Below, in pieces: positions 27,301 through 44,663 of a stretch of 64,000 nucleotides of DNA. The position numbers and the translations under genes were made by a program. The DNA is from Bugula neritina. Lineage: Eukaryota; Animalia; Bryozoa. The stretch is from contig OZ037767.1 in NCBI GenBank assembly GCA_964035545.1, forward strand, positions 21,282,628 through 21,346,627. The letters are read 5' to 3'. Below the pieces are notes generated by a model. That model was not told the DNA's origin, made no database searches, and saw only the letters and a list, made by a program, of their open reading frames with translations. How positions within the stretch are numbered: the first letter of the stretch is position 1; the number at the start of each line of letters is the position of its first letter.

Positions 27301-30300
27301 TGTATATTTGATAACAAATCAAGTCTTTGATTTCACGGTGGGTAGTAATTAAATTGCAACAGAGCAGCAGTGGGAATAGTTTCACTTGAGGCCTGTGTGT
27401 AATTATACAGAGTCTAGGTGTTGGGGAACAATTCCCTGATTCATCTCTGCACTAATTGCTGTCACTTTCTATACTCCAACCAGCACTGTTGTAGATGAGT
27501 TCACACAGAGTGTATAGAGGCAGTATATAGAGTATATACTCTCTGTATACACACTGTATATTATACAGACAGTATACAGAGAGTATATTATACAGAGTGT
27601 ATACACATACACCCACTGCTACTGAATAGACATGTCATTAAGTTTTACTAGCTGTTTTATTGTGTAATCATTGCAATATTACATTGGATAGTTTTCAGTG
27701 GTTTCATCATAGGGAGATGAGGTTGGCCGATTATCAGCCAATAGCTGCTATCACCAAACAAACACCTTATCGCTGGGGATAAGCCAGTTTCTAAGCATAA
27801 CGCTACTCTTGTAATAGCAACCTTTAAGTTACAGTGAAAAGTCTGCCAACAAAATCAAAACTTGATTTCAACACCTGAGTACAAGGTGTGATGCAACTCT
27901 AGCTGTACTTTGGAAAGCTGTGAGGGTTTCACAGAGAGGAAAGGAGTTGTGTGATTGGTTAAAGCAGACCATCACCCCAAGGGCTGTCGCACTTTGGTTT
28001 GTGATGTGGCTGTCCAGGGTTGCTGCCTATCATTCATTGCGTAACACAGCAACACAGCAAACAACAACAGATATGATATGTTGTTACTGGCAGTAAACAA
28101 TGAGGCAGCATCAGCTGATGATCTGGCAACATGTTGCATCACTGAGTTAAAATGGCAGCAAAAAGAGTAGTTATTGCTGCATAGCCAAGTGGTGTCTATG
28201 AATAGAGGTAAGGAGTTGGTGGAATAGTGTCATTTGCTGTCACAGTTCCGGTAATGGTTAATGTGGGGCCGTCTGGTGAAAAGTGCCACACCAAGACTGC
28301 ACACTAGAACACAAGCTATGAGTACACAACAGCTGTGTTCTAGTGTGCCGGTGTAAGACACTAGACAGCGTAACTGTGTGAACCACTGCACATGTGGCGA
28401 TGACTACGTCACTCTGTATATAGTCAGACATGTTGTTGGATAGTGATAAGGAGTGAGTAGAAATGTCTCATGTATACTCAGCCAACACAAATCTAACTAA
28501 CAATTTCAAACACTAATTACTGAAAACTATTATGGCTTGCATTCACCATTCAGTGGGCTGTAGAATATGACCTTGACATACGTACTGGGCATATGGTGGG
28601 TCCAGTGTGCTCTTCGAGAGTGATCCGTCGGGAGAGAGTCTCGTTCCTCAGCGCCAACAAACTGTTCTCCACTTCGATGGGGGCGGCCATCTTGCCAATA
28701 GAGTAACTGTGCTCGGACTTCACCACCGGGTGGGTCGACGCCTCCGTCATCATCTTGTCATTCAAAACCGGGTCATCGAAAATGTCTAGCCAATCAGGAC
28801 TCATGTCGTAGCAGCTCTCCTGAAATATAATATTAGACTCATGAGTGATTTATGCCTGCGAGTTAGCTGACTGTAGTTGGTGATAGGAATAGAGTAACTC
28901 TACTAGCAGATGTGTACATTCCCAGCTTATCACTAGTTTCACTCCAGTCTTTAGGAAAACAACTGATAAAAAAGTCATGTTGACTTTTCAATAGAAAAAG
29001 CTGGTTTATTACTAAAACTTACATAAAAAGGCAGGCATTTAATTTCTTCTAAACATGAAACACATGTAGAAAATTTAATTCCACCTTGACTTAAGACTAC
29101 TCAGTACAGTGCATCTAGTGCAAGTCGGACATTCTAAGCTGGCCAGTGGCTATGATAAACTGACAATGAGTACTACAAAATCTCATAGTTCAAACTACAC
29201 CAGAGTCATGAAATCTCTTTCCTATAAACTATCTTGCCATATCATTATAGATGTAGGAGGTTATCCACCGTCATAACATTAATTTGAATAAAAGGAACAT
29301 TGTTTGGCAAATTAGAAATTCTAGCACCTTACAGAAGTCTGTATACATCCTATAAGAAGTGGCAACTAGTAGCCACTCTATCCACAAGCCAAGCTACTTA
29401 GAAACAATACTGTATTTAGAAACCTAATGCCTGGTATTAACATATCTGGAAAGACTTAGAATCAACCATTCTGAATAACAAATATTTTTCCCTAATTTTG
29501 AAAACTCACAATTTTGCTAAAACATGCATTTTGGCAGATGACTGTGTGCATATTAAATTTCTGACAAGACGGGGTACTGCAGAAGCGCTAAAAATTAGCA
29601 GAAACATTTGCAGTTTATAAATAATAGATCTCAAGACCATACAAGCAAGACATTACCACTATACCAGCAGATGAAACTATACCAACACATCACCAAATAA
29701 AGAGATTACGAGACCTAATCTGGTGTCACTTTACTAAACAGCAATTTTATAGTCCTTGCAGAAGAATGTAGCACAACTGTACTGATAATGTCAAGGAGTG
29801 AACAACCTCAACAACATAGCAAAATGACATATTTGGAAATTTATTCAGAATAAAATTATCAAGAGCTATATTGGAGTCCATGATGACGTTTGTTAATTTT
29901 CTCTACAAATTTATGATAAATTTCTGGTTACTGTTTTCAACTGGGGCAGGTGAATCAGATGAGCTCAATGAATCAGAGGGACTCAATATATCAGGCAATA
30001 CAAAAACAAGCCTCTAGATACATGTTACATATTATATGAGTGAACAATCATTAATCAGTTAATAATTAACTTTATCCTCCAATAATTGATAGTTAGATGT
30101 ATTTATAAAGGTCAAAGAGCTAGCTAGGACTGCTTTCTAAGCTTTTAGAAACAATTGACTACACAAAATCATTATTGTAACCTATAAATAAAAATGTGAC
30201 CAATAATTCTATTGACATACAATATCAATTTGAATTAGTAAATTGATCAGGTAACTTAAAGTATAATCCATTTATTTTAAATGATTACCTATAAATAATA

Positions 30301-30888
30301 CGTATCAACTTCAAGTCTAATATTAATTATAATTAAAATGCTATACACATTTTAATTTGATTCTAGAATAAAATCTAACTACAAGTAGTGAAGTAGTACA
30401 ACCACTAAAAGTGCAAGGACGAAAAATCGTAAAACTAATATTGAGAATTCAATTGTAACTTTTAAATTTACAATAATAACATATATATTATTGTTCTGCT
30501 ATCATCATGATCATGTCACGATTAGGATTATCATTATGATACTGATAATTGATTTTCATTATCATTGTGATTGTGATTATGAATATGATAACATTAACTA
30601 AACAACTACTGCCTAAAAGTAAATCCATTACATTTAATTTAAAAAAAACACATTTAGAAAAAATTCAAACACTTACACTTACAGATACTAAAAATAAATA
30701 CTCACCAGGTCTAAGTTTGCGTGGTCGAAATCATCATCATTAGGCTGATTATCATTAAGATCGCTCAGCACCGAGCTCTTCAGCACTTCATCGTAAGCCA
30801 TGTCCATCTCCATTTGCAGCATACTTATACTAGTTAAATCACTCTCGTCCATTTCAGAAAGCCGGTCAGTATATCCAGAATTATCCAT
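18346..30888 (-). CDS. CREB3L: CREB3-like (CREB3L1/L2, CrebA) membrane-anchored bZIP transcription factor, 9 coding exons
   Basis: Exons 30706-30888, 28586-28819, 24905-25054, 24049-24187, 23657-23820, 22409-22611, 19611-19770, 18950-19094 and 18346-18560 join in frame. Motifs: [46 protein letters not shown], b[25 protein letters not shown] segment [17 protein letters not shown]1P-type site SRTLL. Confidence 0.93.
18640..18930. repeat. ~24-bp intronic minisatellite
   Basis: ATATTACACAGTGTTATATATCAT tandem copies. Confidence 0.9.
19956..20212. mobile_element. 257-bp MITE with GGGTCATCTCAA TIRs
   Basis: GGGTCATCTCAA...TTGAGATGACCC, flanked by ATAT on both sides. Confidence 0.7.
20335..20685. 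repeat. 18-bp intronic minisatellite (CACACTGTCACAGTATAC)
   Basis: Direct tandem repetition. Confidence 0.95.
21035..21310. repeat. Purine-rich 24-bp minisatellite (ATGGGAGGAGAGTATGGGAGGAT-like)
   Basis: Direct tandem repetition with strong purine/pyrimidine strand asymmetry. Confidence 0.9.
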
Positions 30889-32202
30889 CAAAGGGAATAA
30901 ATCCCAGTTATTTAAAGTTTTTCCTTCAGTATGACATATGAAGGTCCGAAAGATAAAATGGTGAGGGTTTAAAAAACCACTCACAACAACCTAAACACTA
31001 AACAGCTGGTTGGAGAAAGGAATTACCCATTCATTATCACAACGGGAAACAGTCACTTCAATAATGATTGGACTATAAATGCCGCACACGCCCATTTGTT
31101 AATACAGTATTCGACCCTGACACTGGCTGTAATCTGTACAATTGTTATTGCGAGCATTTACTTAGAGTCCTCGATATTATATCAAAACATCTGAGGATCA
31201 TCATTGTTCAGCACAGTGTGATCGTTCAGCAGAGTCATCATAATCAGGTTAAACTAAAACTGTAAAAGTAAAAGGTTTAAGTTTTGAGGTATAAATTAGT
31301 AGAAGTTCACTCTAACTCTGATGCACGCTGAATTGACAATAATAATATAAATAATACGCATATCATAAAATTATCAATGAGTGTAACTGTATATTACTCT
31401 GAATAACACATAATGATTATGATTATTATTACTTTTTGTTTTATATTTTAAGAATAAGTATCACTTCAGTATGAGTTATCACTTAACAGTTATGTCATTG
31501 TGATTGAATGAATGAATTTGAATGTTATACTTATTGTTTTAGTTTATGTTTCAGTTTTAGCCGAATGCCAAACTCAATCTTGAAGTTAATCACAATCAAT
31601 ATGAGTATCACAATGTGAATGTAAAACTAAAGTAATTGCAAAAATACGAATATCATAATATTAATTAATAACAATATGAATAAGAAATATTTCTTATTTT
31701 AACACATTGACATACGTAGTACTAATATTAAATTTAATTATTTTTAATTTTGATATTTCTCATTGATATTCAATGTTTGAATTAATAATAATGATATTTG
31801 TATTTATAGTCATTTTTGTAGTCATTTTATAAAATGATTTGATATTTGAAATCTTATTATTTTAATTATAATTATATATTGAGTATTTTATTCTCTAACA
31901 TTTATTTACCTTTGTTTGAAAGTTCTAGCTTTTATCATAGTTTTTGTTGGGCCATACTTTAATTTTACTACTTGTTTTGCCTTTTACTTGAAGTCATAAT
32001 TTGGAAGCTGTTTATTTTAAATATCAGTATTTGTAATTTGACCTATGTTAAACACACCTATTGTAGAGCTTGTTAGCATCTTGAATGTCTAAACTGTTAC
32101 CATTTGCAGGCTGTAAGCATTTATATACCTGCCAACAATAAACTTTCAGTTATCCATTTCATGTACTAATTTTAAATCAGTCATTCTTATAGTTTATATA
32201 AA
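30889..32202. promoter_or_regulatory. Divergent (head-to-head) promoter region, CREB3L / CYB5R4
   Basis: Start codons 1.3 kb apart on opposite strands, with a CpG-containing core around 31040-31230. TSS not determined. Confidence 0.5.
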
Positions 32203-35200
32203 ATGAATTCATCTAATACGCCTAACTTTCCTGCTTTGAACTCTCCACAAAGGCAAGGAAATGCAACAGGGTCTGGGAGAAATAAAGTGGCACTACCTAA
32301 AGGCCGATCACTTATGGATTGGATTCGACTTGGTGAATATTTATGATAAACTATTTTGAAATTGTGCACCAGGGAAACTGACCATATTTCTGCACAGCCA
32401 CTTTCATAAAACCAAACATTAAAGTTTTTGTAATGGCAACAAAAGACCTCACATATTTTAAGATAATTTAAATTAAAAACTTTTATGAAATTATTGCTTT
32501 AACGCTTTTTTACTGTATTTTGGTTAAGGCAACAGTGGTGCTGATCTTACTGGAGTTGGAGGCAGGTTGATTCGTGTCACCCCGGAGGAGCTGGGGAAAC
32601 ATAACACACCTGATGACTGCTGGATGGCAATAAATGGTAGCTGTTGTTATTCTGTATATAATGGGTTGCAGCTACTGCATCAATCCTATAAGTTTATGTT
32701 AATAGTTATATCTTGCTAGCAGCTTGCTAATTTAAGTCTTTGTTTAATTATTCAAGTTAGTGATTTTAAATGCTTTTAACTCACTAAACTCAATCTCGCA
32801 CCTGGTCACTTACACACTTACTCACTCACTAGTCAACTAATCAATCACTATAACTCACTCACTACTTTCTCAGTAGTCAACCATATTGACTACTAATCAC
32901 TACTAACTCACTCACTTCATCACTCACTCACTAAATAGCTCAGTCACCCAGTCATACACTCACTATGCATTTCACTCACATATTAAGCTCTCACTTAATT
33001 ATCTACCCAAACAATATTTACATAATATATTGTTATATATTTATTTAGTTAACCAGTTTATTTTGTCACAGTTGTCCATGCCTTAGTAAGTTAGCTGTCT
33101 ACCATTTGTTATAACATTGGTCCTATGGTGTATCCAGGTGCTGTTTATAATATAAGTCATTACTGTGAATTTCATCCTGGAGGGATAGCGGAAATAATGA
33201 AAGGAGCTGGTAAAGATGGCACCCGGTTATTCAATGAGGTCTGAGATATGTATTAGCACAATTATTCTACACCTTGTATTATGAGCATCTGGGGTGGAGT
33301 ATATTGAGACACAATATGTTTAGAGCTGGAAATAATCTCAACTCTGATTGGCTACAGGTGCACCGCTGGGTAAACTATGACTCCATGCTGAAGAAATGTC
33401 TAGTAGGAAAGTTAGTCACTGAAAGTATATTCAAAAGTCCAGCCCAGTATGGAAACTTGTTAGCTCCACCTCGAGGTACAAAAATGTTTTACCTTCAATA
33501 TAGTAAATTTGCTAGTGAATTTCAAGACAGTACTGACTAAATTTCGAAATTTGTAAATTTAATAATTGCAAATTGTTATAGCATGCGAGGTTTTGTACTG
33601 TAAAATGAGACCATTATTTATTACATTTTAATTTCCCTCAAAATTTTACAGCTGTTGGCACTAATTTATCTACTGTTAACAAACCGCAAGCAAGTAACAC
33701 TGGAGTTGGCTCCTCTTCATTGGCACTTCCATTTTCTCGTCCAATAGTCCCAAACCGGCCAAGGTGGGTTATATTAGCTGTTTTGTTGGTTTAAATGCCA
33801 ACTTCTTTATACTGATTGTTTAGATGTTTGGTTTTCTAGAATTTTCTATGTTAGAATTCAGACTGTAAAAGTGAGTGTATTCTATATTCATGCTAGATAC
33901 TATTGGAGTTAGAGGTTGAGTATGTTATATATACATGTTAGATACTATCGGAGTTAGAGGTTGAGTATATTCTATGTTCTATGTTAGATATGACTACTAC
34001 CAGAATGAAAGTTCGGTTAAACTGTCAATCTACACTCGCACTCCTGAGATTTGCTCTGAACATCTAATATTGGAAAGACCTGGTGGTAACATCAGGATCA
34101 CTGTTTATCTTCCATCCAACAAACTTTACAGACTACACATCGGTTAGTTGACTCTTAGCGCCCTGCTGACTTTCTATTCCTTGGGACAGCGCTGAGCACT
34201 TTTCTAAATCTAACAGTTGTCAAGGTTTCAATTTAAACTCAGTATTTTTGGAAAATTTTCTAAAAATTCAATGCTTTGTGTAAAGGTTTTTCAGTTTTTT
34301 AGTAACAGATTTTAACTTTGAAGTTATCTCCTCACAAATGATGTTTTATTGCAGCTCCTGACCACAAGCTTCTGCTCAGCTGCAAGATACAATCTGCAGT
34401 CTCTACGGGTAAACTTGAATTTGAGTTTCTCAAATCAGAAAAAGGGTTGAAATGGACTCAGTTGGGAAAATTTCTACCACAGCATGATACAATACAGGAT
34501 AGAGCTGATAGTAGTCCTATGCTGACCAATGTAACTGAGAGTGTAACTACTAGTACTAGCAGTGCAGTTACTGACAGTATAAGTAATAGTAGAACTACTG
34601 CTACCGACTGTCAAGTTACTGAAACTGACAGTGGAAGTACTAATACTGTAGCTGGTGCTACTGATTTTATTCAATGTAGAATATCGGAAGTCCTGCCTCT
34701 CACACATGATACCAATCTGTATACACTCAAGTTACCAGAAGGCTATCACATGGAGGTACCTACAGGGCATCATCTCAGACTAAAAGCATCTATTTTAGGT
34801 CAGTTTGCAGTTTGAGTGAAAGCTAGAGTAGTTAGCTTACTGTATGCTTTATGTACTATGCTAATACACACCTACAGTTCGTATGTCAGACTATGTCCTT
34901 GGTAGTGGTGTGTCGCCTTATAAACCCAGGTCAAAACCCAGGTCAACACTCAGGTCAATACCCAGGTCAATACCCAGGTCAATACTTGTTCTGGCTAAAC
35001 ATGGGGACCTAGAGTTTGAATGATTCCAACAATAAAGGGTTAAATTAGTGAATAATTTCTTTTAAGGAACTACTTTAACAAAGCCCTATTTTCGTTGGCA
35101 AGTACAGATATTCACAGCATGGCAGTTGCGAACAGTGATATGATGTTGGTATTGGATGTTATGTTACCATGTGTATTTTACTTGAAGGTATGGAAATTAT

Positions 35201-36486
35201 CAGGAGTTACACCCCCGTTCATCTATTAGAGCTTTCTGAAAGCAAAGAAATTTTCAATTCGGTGTTATACTTAATTATAAAGATATACAAAGATGGGGCA
35301 TTCACACAGCATTTGCAGTCACTAACAGTTGGTAAGTCACTGAACGACTGTGGGTGAGTGGTAATGACAACCACCAACAGTGATTGATTGTGACAGTAAA
35401 CGATAATGAGTGAGTGATAGCGACTGGCAGTGGCTAAGTGATCATGGCAGTGATTACAGTGGGACAGGCAGTGCATGTTAATGGTACACTCTCGTCCTGT
35501 GTTTCTCGATCAGTGTAAACTTTATCTGATGCCTTTTGTTTCAGGAGATACGATTCCAGTTAGTCACCATATAGGAACGTTTGACATGGCAGAGGCCAGC
35601 CTGTGTTCAAAGATGCTGTTGCTAGCTGCTGGTACTGGGCTGACGCCTATGATTAAGATTATTTTGCACAACGTGGCTAAAGATAAACCCACCCATCTCG
35701 TTTGCTTTAACAAAACTGAGTCTGACATTCTGTGGAGAAAGGAGCTAGACTCTCTAGCCAGCAGGGGGTGCGTGCATTGTGGTAGTTATCTCTCTTGTTT
35801 GTTTTAAACTTCATGTTCCTTTAATACTATAACTGTAGCCACCCCAAGGCTTCAATTGTGAAAAGTTCAGCTCACAGATTAGTAGGCTTATAGTGATTAG
35901 TTTATAGTTGGTTTAGATGACAACCAACTATGTTATCTGCTGATTAGAATACAAGCTTGCTGTAAACTTCCATTATTATAATAATATATAATGTGATGGT
36001 TACTAAGATGTATGTTTATTATTACATTCAATATTTTATTATATAATACAATAGCACTTTTCTCCATCTTTAGGTCTCTCCAGGTGACGCATGTGCTCTC
36101 CAAACCGGACTCTGAGTGGGCGGGGCTCACGGGTAGAATAAACCAGGACATGCTACTTCAGTTCTTACCTCCAGAATCTAAAGACACTACTTTCGTCGCT
36201 GCCTGTGGACCTATTCTCTTCTCACAGCTTTGTTTGAGGTAAGCATTGTTTAGGTGTGGTGCTCTGTATGGTTATATCTAAAGGGGCGGTGCTCAGGGTG
36301 GTTATGTCTAAAGGGGCGGTACTCTGTATGGTTATGTCTAAAGGGGCGGTACTCTGTATGATTATATCTAGAAGCTAAACTGTGAACAGGTATAATCAAT
36401 AATATGAACATTATGTGATTGATCGTTTTAGTTACCTCAAGAAAATGGATTGTGAGGATAAAAGAATCCACATCTTTCAAGAATAG
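32203..36486 (+). CDS. CYB5R4: Cytochrome b5 reductase 4 (NCB5OR): b5, CS and FAD/NAD domains, about 11 exons
   Basis: RNKVALPKGRSLMDWIRL, HNTPDDCW, FHPGG, VHRWVNYDSMLKKCLVG, YDYYQN (CS domain), PTGHH, RSYTP, AAGTGLTPM, CGP; ends RIHIFQE* at 36484-36486. Confidence 0.93.
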
Positions 36487-38392
36487 GACGGCCCCACTTC
36501 ATACAGTCACATAGAGTACTGATAACGCTGTTGTGGAATTAGAATATGGGTCAAGAGTTGCAACCTGTAAAGGGAAGGAAGACATATTGGCCTTTTTAGT
36601 TTGTTTATTTCAAAGCTGAACTGTCACATAAAAGGACTGAGTTAAAATGTCTATATAAAATTGTGCCAATTTTAAGCTGCAAAAGACCTATTTTTATATA
36701 ATATATAGCAAAATAAAAAAATTATAATTCGAAACCAAAATATTTATGTGTGATAGATATATAGCTTCTTTCATTGCTTATGCTAACGTATTCCAAGATT
36801 GCAACATTTATGGAAGCAATTTCTAATCTCTTATCTAGAGACATGTTTAACATGTTGAATGTGTCTTTATGTTATATACATCAGATTTATATGCTACTGA
36901 ACAGTATATACAGTGCACACTCTATATCCCATAAATCCATTCCTCAAGAAATTCCATAGATCACCAGAAGGGCTTGGACTCCCCTTTTGTAGCTTATATA
37001 TGTGTGTACAGGAACAAAATGGCCAAATTTAACGAGTCGGTGATTTAAATCTGCTATTCTACTACGTCATGAATTAAGATTTCAGGACCCGCAACTTAGT
37101 GAGATACAGTATTTTGTATGTTACCCAGAAGTATTCATGTTGCCAGACAGTAAATGATCTCAGGTTTCAATCATAATATAGAGGCTGATTGAGTTCAGAA
37201 ATATTGACAAGGAATTTTTAATTAAGTGTTATATCAAAGCAATGAAATATCTGAATTAATGAGAGAAAATTCATTACTCTAATGACAAATGGCAATTCAT
37301 GTATTCTAAATGAATAATTGCTTAGTGCTGCACATCCAAGATATTGGGCACCCAAAAGCTACTGAAACTTTTATCTGCAGCTGCGAATGAATAATGTACA
37401 CTGAGCACAATTAGAGTAAACCATTACAATGCAAATGATAGTTTTTTCAATAATAAAATGAATTTGTCCTCCTCACTTGACTAAATTATGTTTAAATAAA
37501 TGGACAGTCATTTTTCATGCAATTCCTCCAGTATGATAAGCTGTTCAGTGTTAAAGTTAATGTTTCTTACAATCTCTCTGTTACTGACTATTTTACTACT
37601 GCTTATATGGTTCTACAGCAATGCATTACCATTCTTGACAGTCCAGCACAGCGATTTGACAATTTCTATGACAGATCCAAAAGCAGGGTGTGACTCATCT
37701 TTTGTCAGCAGACAAAGCGGTAACATCTATTGACAAGAAACTGAAACAGCTTCTCGAACGTTGAATAATCATGATAATACTTCTCACGAGATAATAAGAG
37801 GTGATGTGGGCAACATAATTATGGAGCATCACGGCGTTTATCGGAGAGTTGTAGACCAGTTCAACGTTGATCGATGTTACTCGCATATTTAAAATCAGTA
37901 AAATGTTGGCTTCACAGTGACATATAGCAACAAAGGTTAGTATTATTGTGCTCCACCCTCCCATTTTTGCATGCTGGCACCCCTACTATATTGAAAACCG
38001 GGCTGCCAGCTTGTGATTTGTGCAGCATTGCTAATGAGAAGCCTTCTAGGCCTGTTGATAAGCAGCCGTCAAAAGGGTATGGTGACCTCAACACACTATG
38101 TAGAAATTACATAACATTCCATTTGAAAAAGTCCTAGTATCTGCCAAGTGCTTAGACGAGTAGACAACTCCAAGATAAATAGTGTAAGCTGGTTCCCCCA
38201 ATACTGCTGCTGCTTGTTTAATTGTATTTAGAACTGTTCACCATTAGCCTTGATGAATTTAAATGCTTTTTCAAAATAATCTTCAAGATTTTAACAGAGA
38301 TATTTACAATATGACAAATGGTGATATCCAAATAAAAAATAAACATGTATTATTTTAAATAGTTTTAACATAATATACATAATAATACACAG

Positions 38393-42051
<3,659 letters not shown>

Positions 42052-42119
42052 GTCTTAGCTTAGATGTACGAGTTGTGATCTGGTCTTACTTTCAAGTCTC
42101 ACACCAATTAACCGTAAGA

Positions 42120-44090
42120 TTTACTACTACTGATAATATTTTAATTATTCATCATCATGGTAATGATAAGCCTACTGACTAATGAGTGCTAACTTAACGA
42201 TTATGAGTAACGACTATGACTATAGCTATGAGCATCAGTATGAGTAACTACTAAATCTAGTGAGTAACCAGAAAAACTAAATGTAATACTAATGCCAATG
42301 GCTAACACCCTAATACTAATAGTAACAGTAATCGTAATACTACGAATAAGATTAAGTCTAATAGCCTAGTTATAGTATCACTATTAGTATTAGTATTAGT
42401 AAAAGTAATACTAATAGAGTAATACTACTACTACTACTAGGTTTAGTAATTATTTATTGTAATGCTTATACTTATAGTTATACTTATAGTAAATTCAGTA
42501 ATTGCTAATAGTAATTACTAATAGTAATACTAATGAATATGGTATTACTATTAGTTAATGTTATACTTATAAGTTATACCTATACTAATACTTAGTCTTA
42601 TACAGTTTTACTCAGTATTACTATTAGTAATACTAATGTCTAATAGTAATAGTAATAGTTATAGTAATAGTAAATTACTAAATTTAAATACAATACTTAA
42701 TTATTGTTAATAGTAATACTATTAGTATTAGTATTACTATTACTATTACTATTGGTATTACTATAACTATTAGTATTATTAATTTAGTAAATGTAAGTAG
42801 TTGAATTTAATTTAATAATATAAATGATAATTTAAATTACAATAATATTAACTATTGTGAACTGGTATACTTATTAAATAACTTATAGTTGTAGTGGACG
42901 TGGTGTTGATTTTGAAAATAATAAAGATTCAGAATGAGAATCAGAATGAGAATGTAAATATTTACAGCTAGTAAATTCGTTTTTAAACTAAAACTAGCAT
43001 GTTTAACTGTGTTATAAATTGTAGTTTAGTAATTTTATATATTATAAGTAGATTTATCTTGAAATATGATTTGCTACATTAAGCCAAAGTGAAAGTTATG
43101 CTTAAACTTACTGTTATAGATAATTATACTTTGACTACCGATCTATAACACGTGCTAATATTTTTGTAATAGCCGAAGTTGATCTCGTAAAAGAAGTTTT
43201 CGCAATAATTCTGAAGGAGTTGTCTCATTTGAAAAAACTTTTTTATTGAAGTTTGAGTACTTTTTGTACTGGAATTGCACTCAGTTTAGTGTATTAAAAT
43301 TTTTGTCAAAGAATAATTATAGCCGTAATATAGCTATTATAATTAAAACATTATAGTGATAGTTAATATGGTAACATTTAATTAGTCAAGACAACCAAAA
43401 TAAGTTTGCAATACTTCGAATAGCGTAAATTATCGGTGTTGTTTACTTCTGGGGTCTTGCATGAATTAGAGCTAGGAACTTGCGGTACCTCTACCAATAA
43501 TAATTAAAATTCAACTGCCTGGTGCAACTTACCAAAGCTGAAATAGACAGATTACATTAATAATATTATACCACAAATACTTTAGGCTTGCAACATAACA
43601 CAACGTTGTAAATTAGTTCCTTTTTTAAATAAATAAGCTTTTGACAGAAATTTTCATTTTGATTTTAACTTTGAGTTTGACTTCTCTTAGAGTTACTTTA
43701 GTGTTAGTCTTAAGTGCGATTTTCATTTTCATTTTGATTCAAAAAATAAAATAAAAAAAAAACCAATTAAATGTTGATATTATATTATTATATCTTGACT
43801 TTAAATAAACAGTATGTTGTATAGTCAAAATGAAAATGTCTAATCACTAATACTAATAGTAATACTAATACTAATAGTAATAGTTATTGTAATAATGCTG
43901 ATTCTGATTGTACTTGACCTTGTACTTGTAGCACTAATACTAATATAAATACTATTACTAATAGTAATGCTAATACTAATAATTAATAGTAATATTATTA
44001 TTATTAGTAATACTAATACTGTAATAGTATTAGTAATACTAATAGTAATAAACAGCTAAACTCGTGCAAGTTTTAGTTTATACTTATAGT
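42120..44090. promoter_or_regulatory. Divergent NSUN5 / GMPS upstream region with (ANT)n low-complexity flanks
   Basis: Head-to-head genes; AGTAAT/ACTAAT-periodic tracts at ~42120-42850 and ~43850-44090. Confidence 0.45.
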
Positions 44091-44663
44091 CAGTGTCACG
44101 ATGACTATTCCTGTGAGAACTCCTGATGACTGATGGAAAAGGGTTTTTTTAAAGCGGGCTAAGGGCTCATTCTTATTATTGCTGTTATCTGTCTGATTTT
44201 ACCATATTCAGTGATGCTATTCAGATGGGACTCGCTCTCTTATTGGTTGCAGCGATAATTGTTCCACTGAGTTCCTAGCATTGTTTGATTGCAACTTGGC
44301 TTGTATAGCTGGGTGCCGTTTCTGTTTCCAACCCTCTGTGTTTATTTAGACTCAGGTTTAAACCAGTTTGCTGTCTTGCACCTCAACAGGCCACAAAGAA
44401 AAAGTAGATCATAGCTGACAAAAATAATTCAATATTTTTGTAATAAAAGTTAACTAAGTCCTATTAGTTTAGTGGTTTTAATTTTTCAAGTAGTATGCTA
44501 TTTGCATATATAATATATTTCAGTGTTTTCAAAAGTTTGTATGCAAGATTATTGAAATAAATACCAAAGTTTTTTAAAGCTGCATGCCATGTTTGTTTTT
44601 TGGTGCAAATATAATTATTTTGCTTTGATTATTGGAGTACATAGTTTTTGAACTTCATCTAGC

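Noticed and set aside
37731-38070. Selenocysteine recoding of the TGA at 37731
   Set aside because: No redox motif around the TGA and no properly spaced SECIS stem downstream.
44090-44135. C/D-box snoRNA-like motif (GATGA...CTGA with a short terminal stem)
   Set aside because: About 40 nt is too short, the C box is imperfect and no guide is recognisable.
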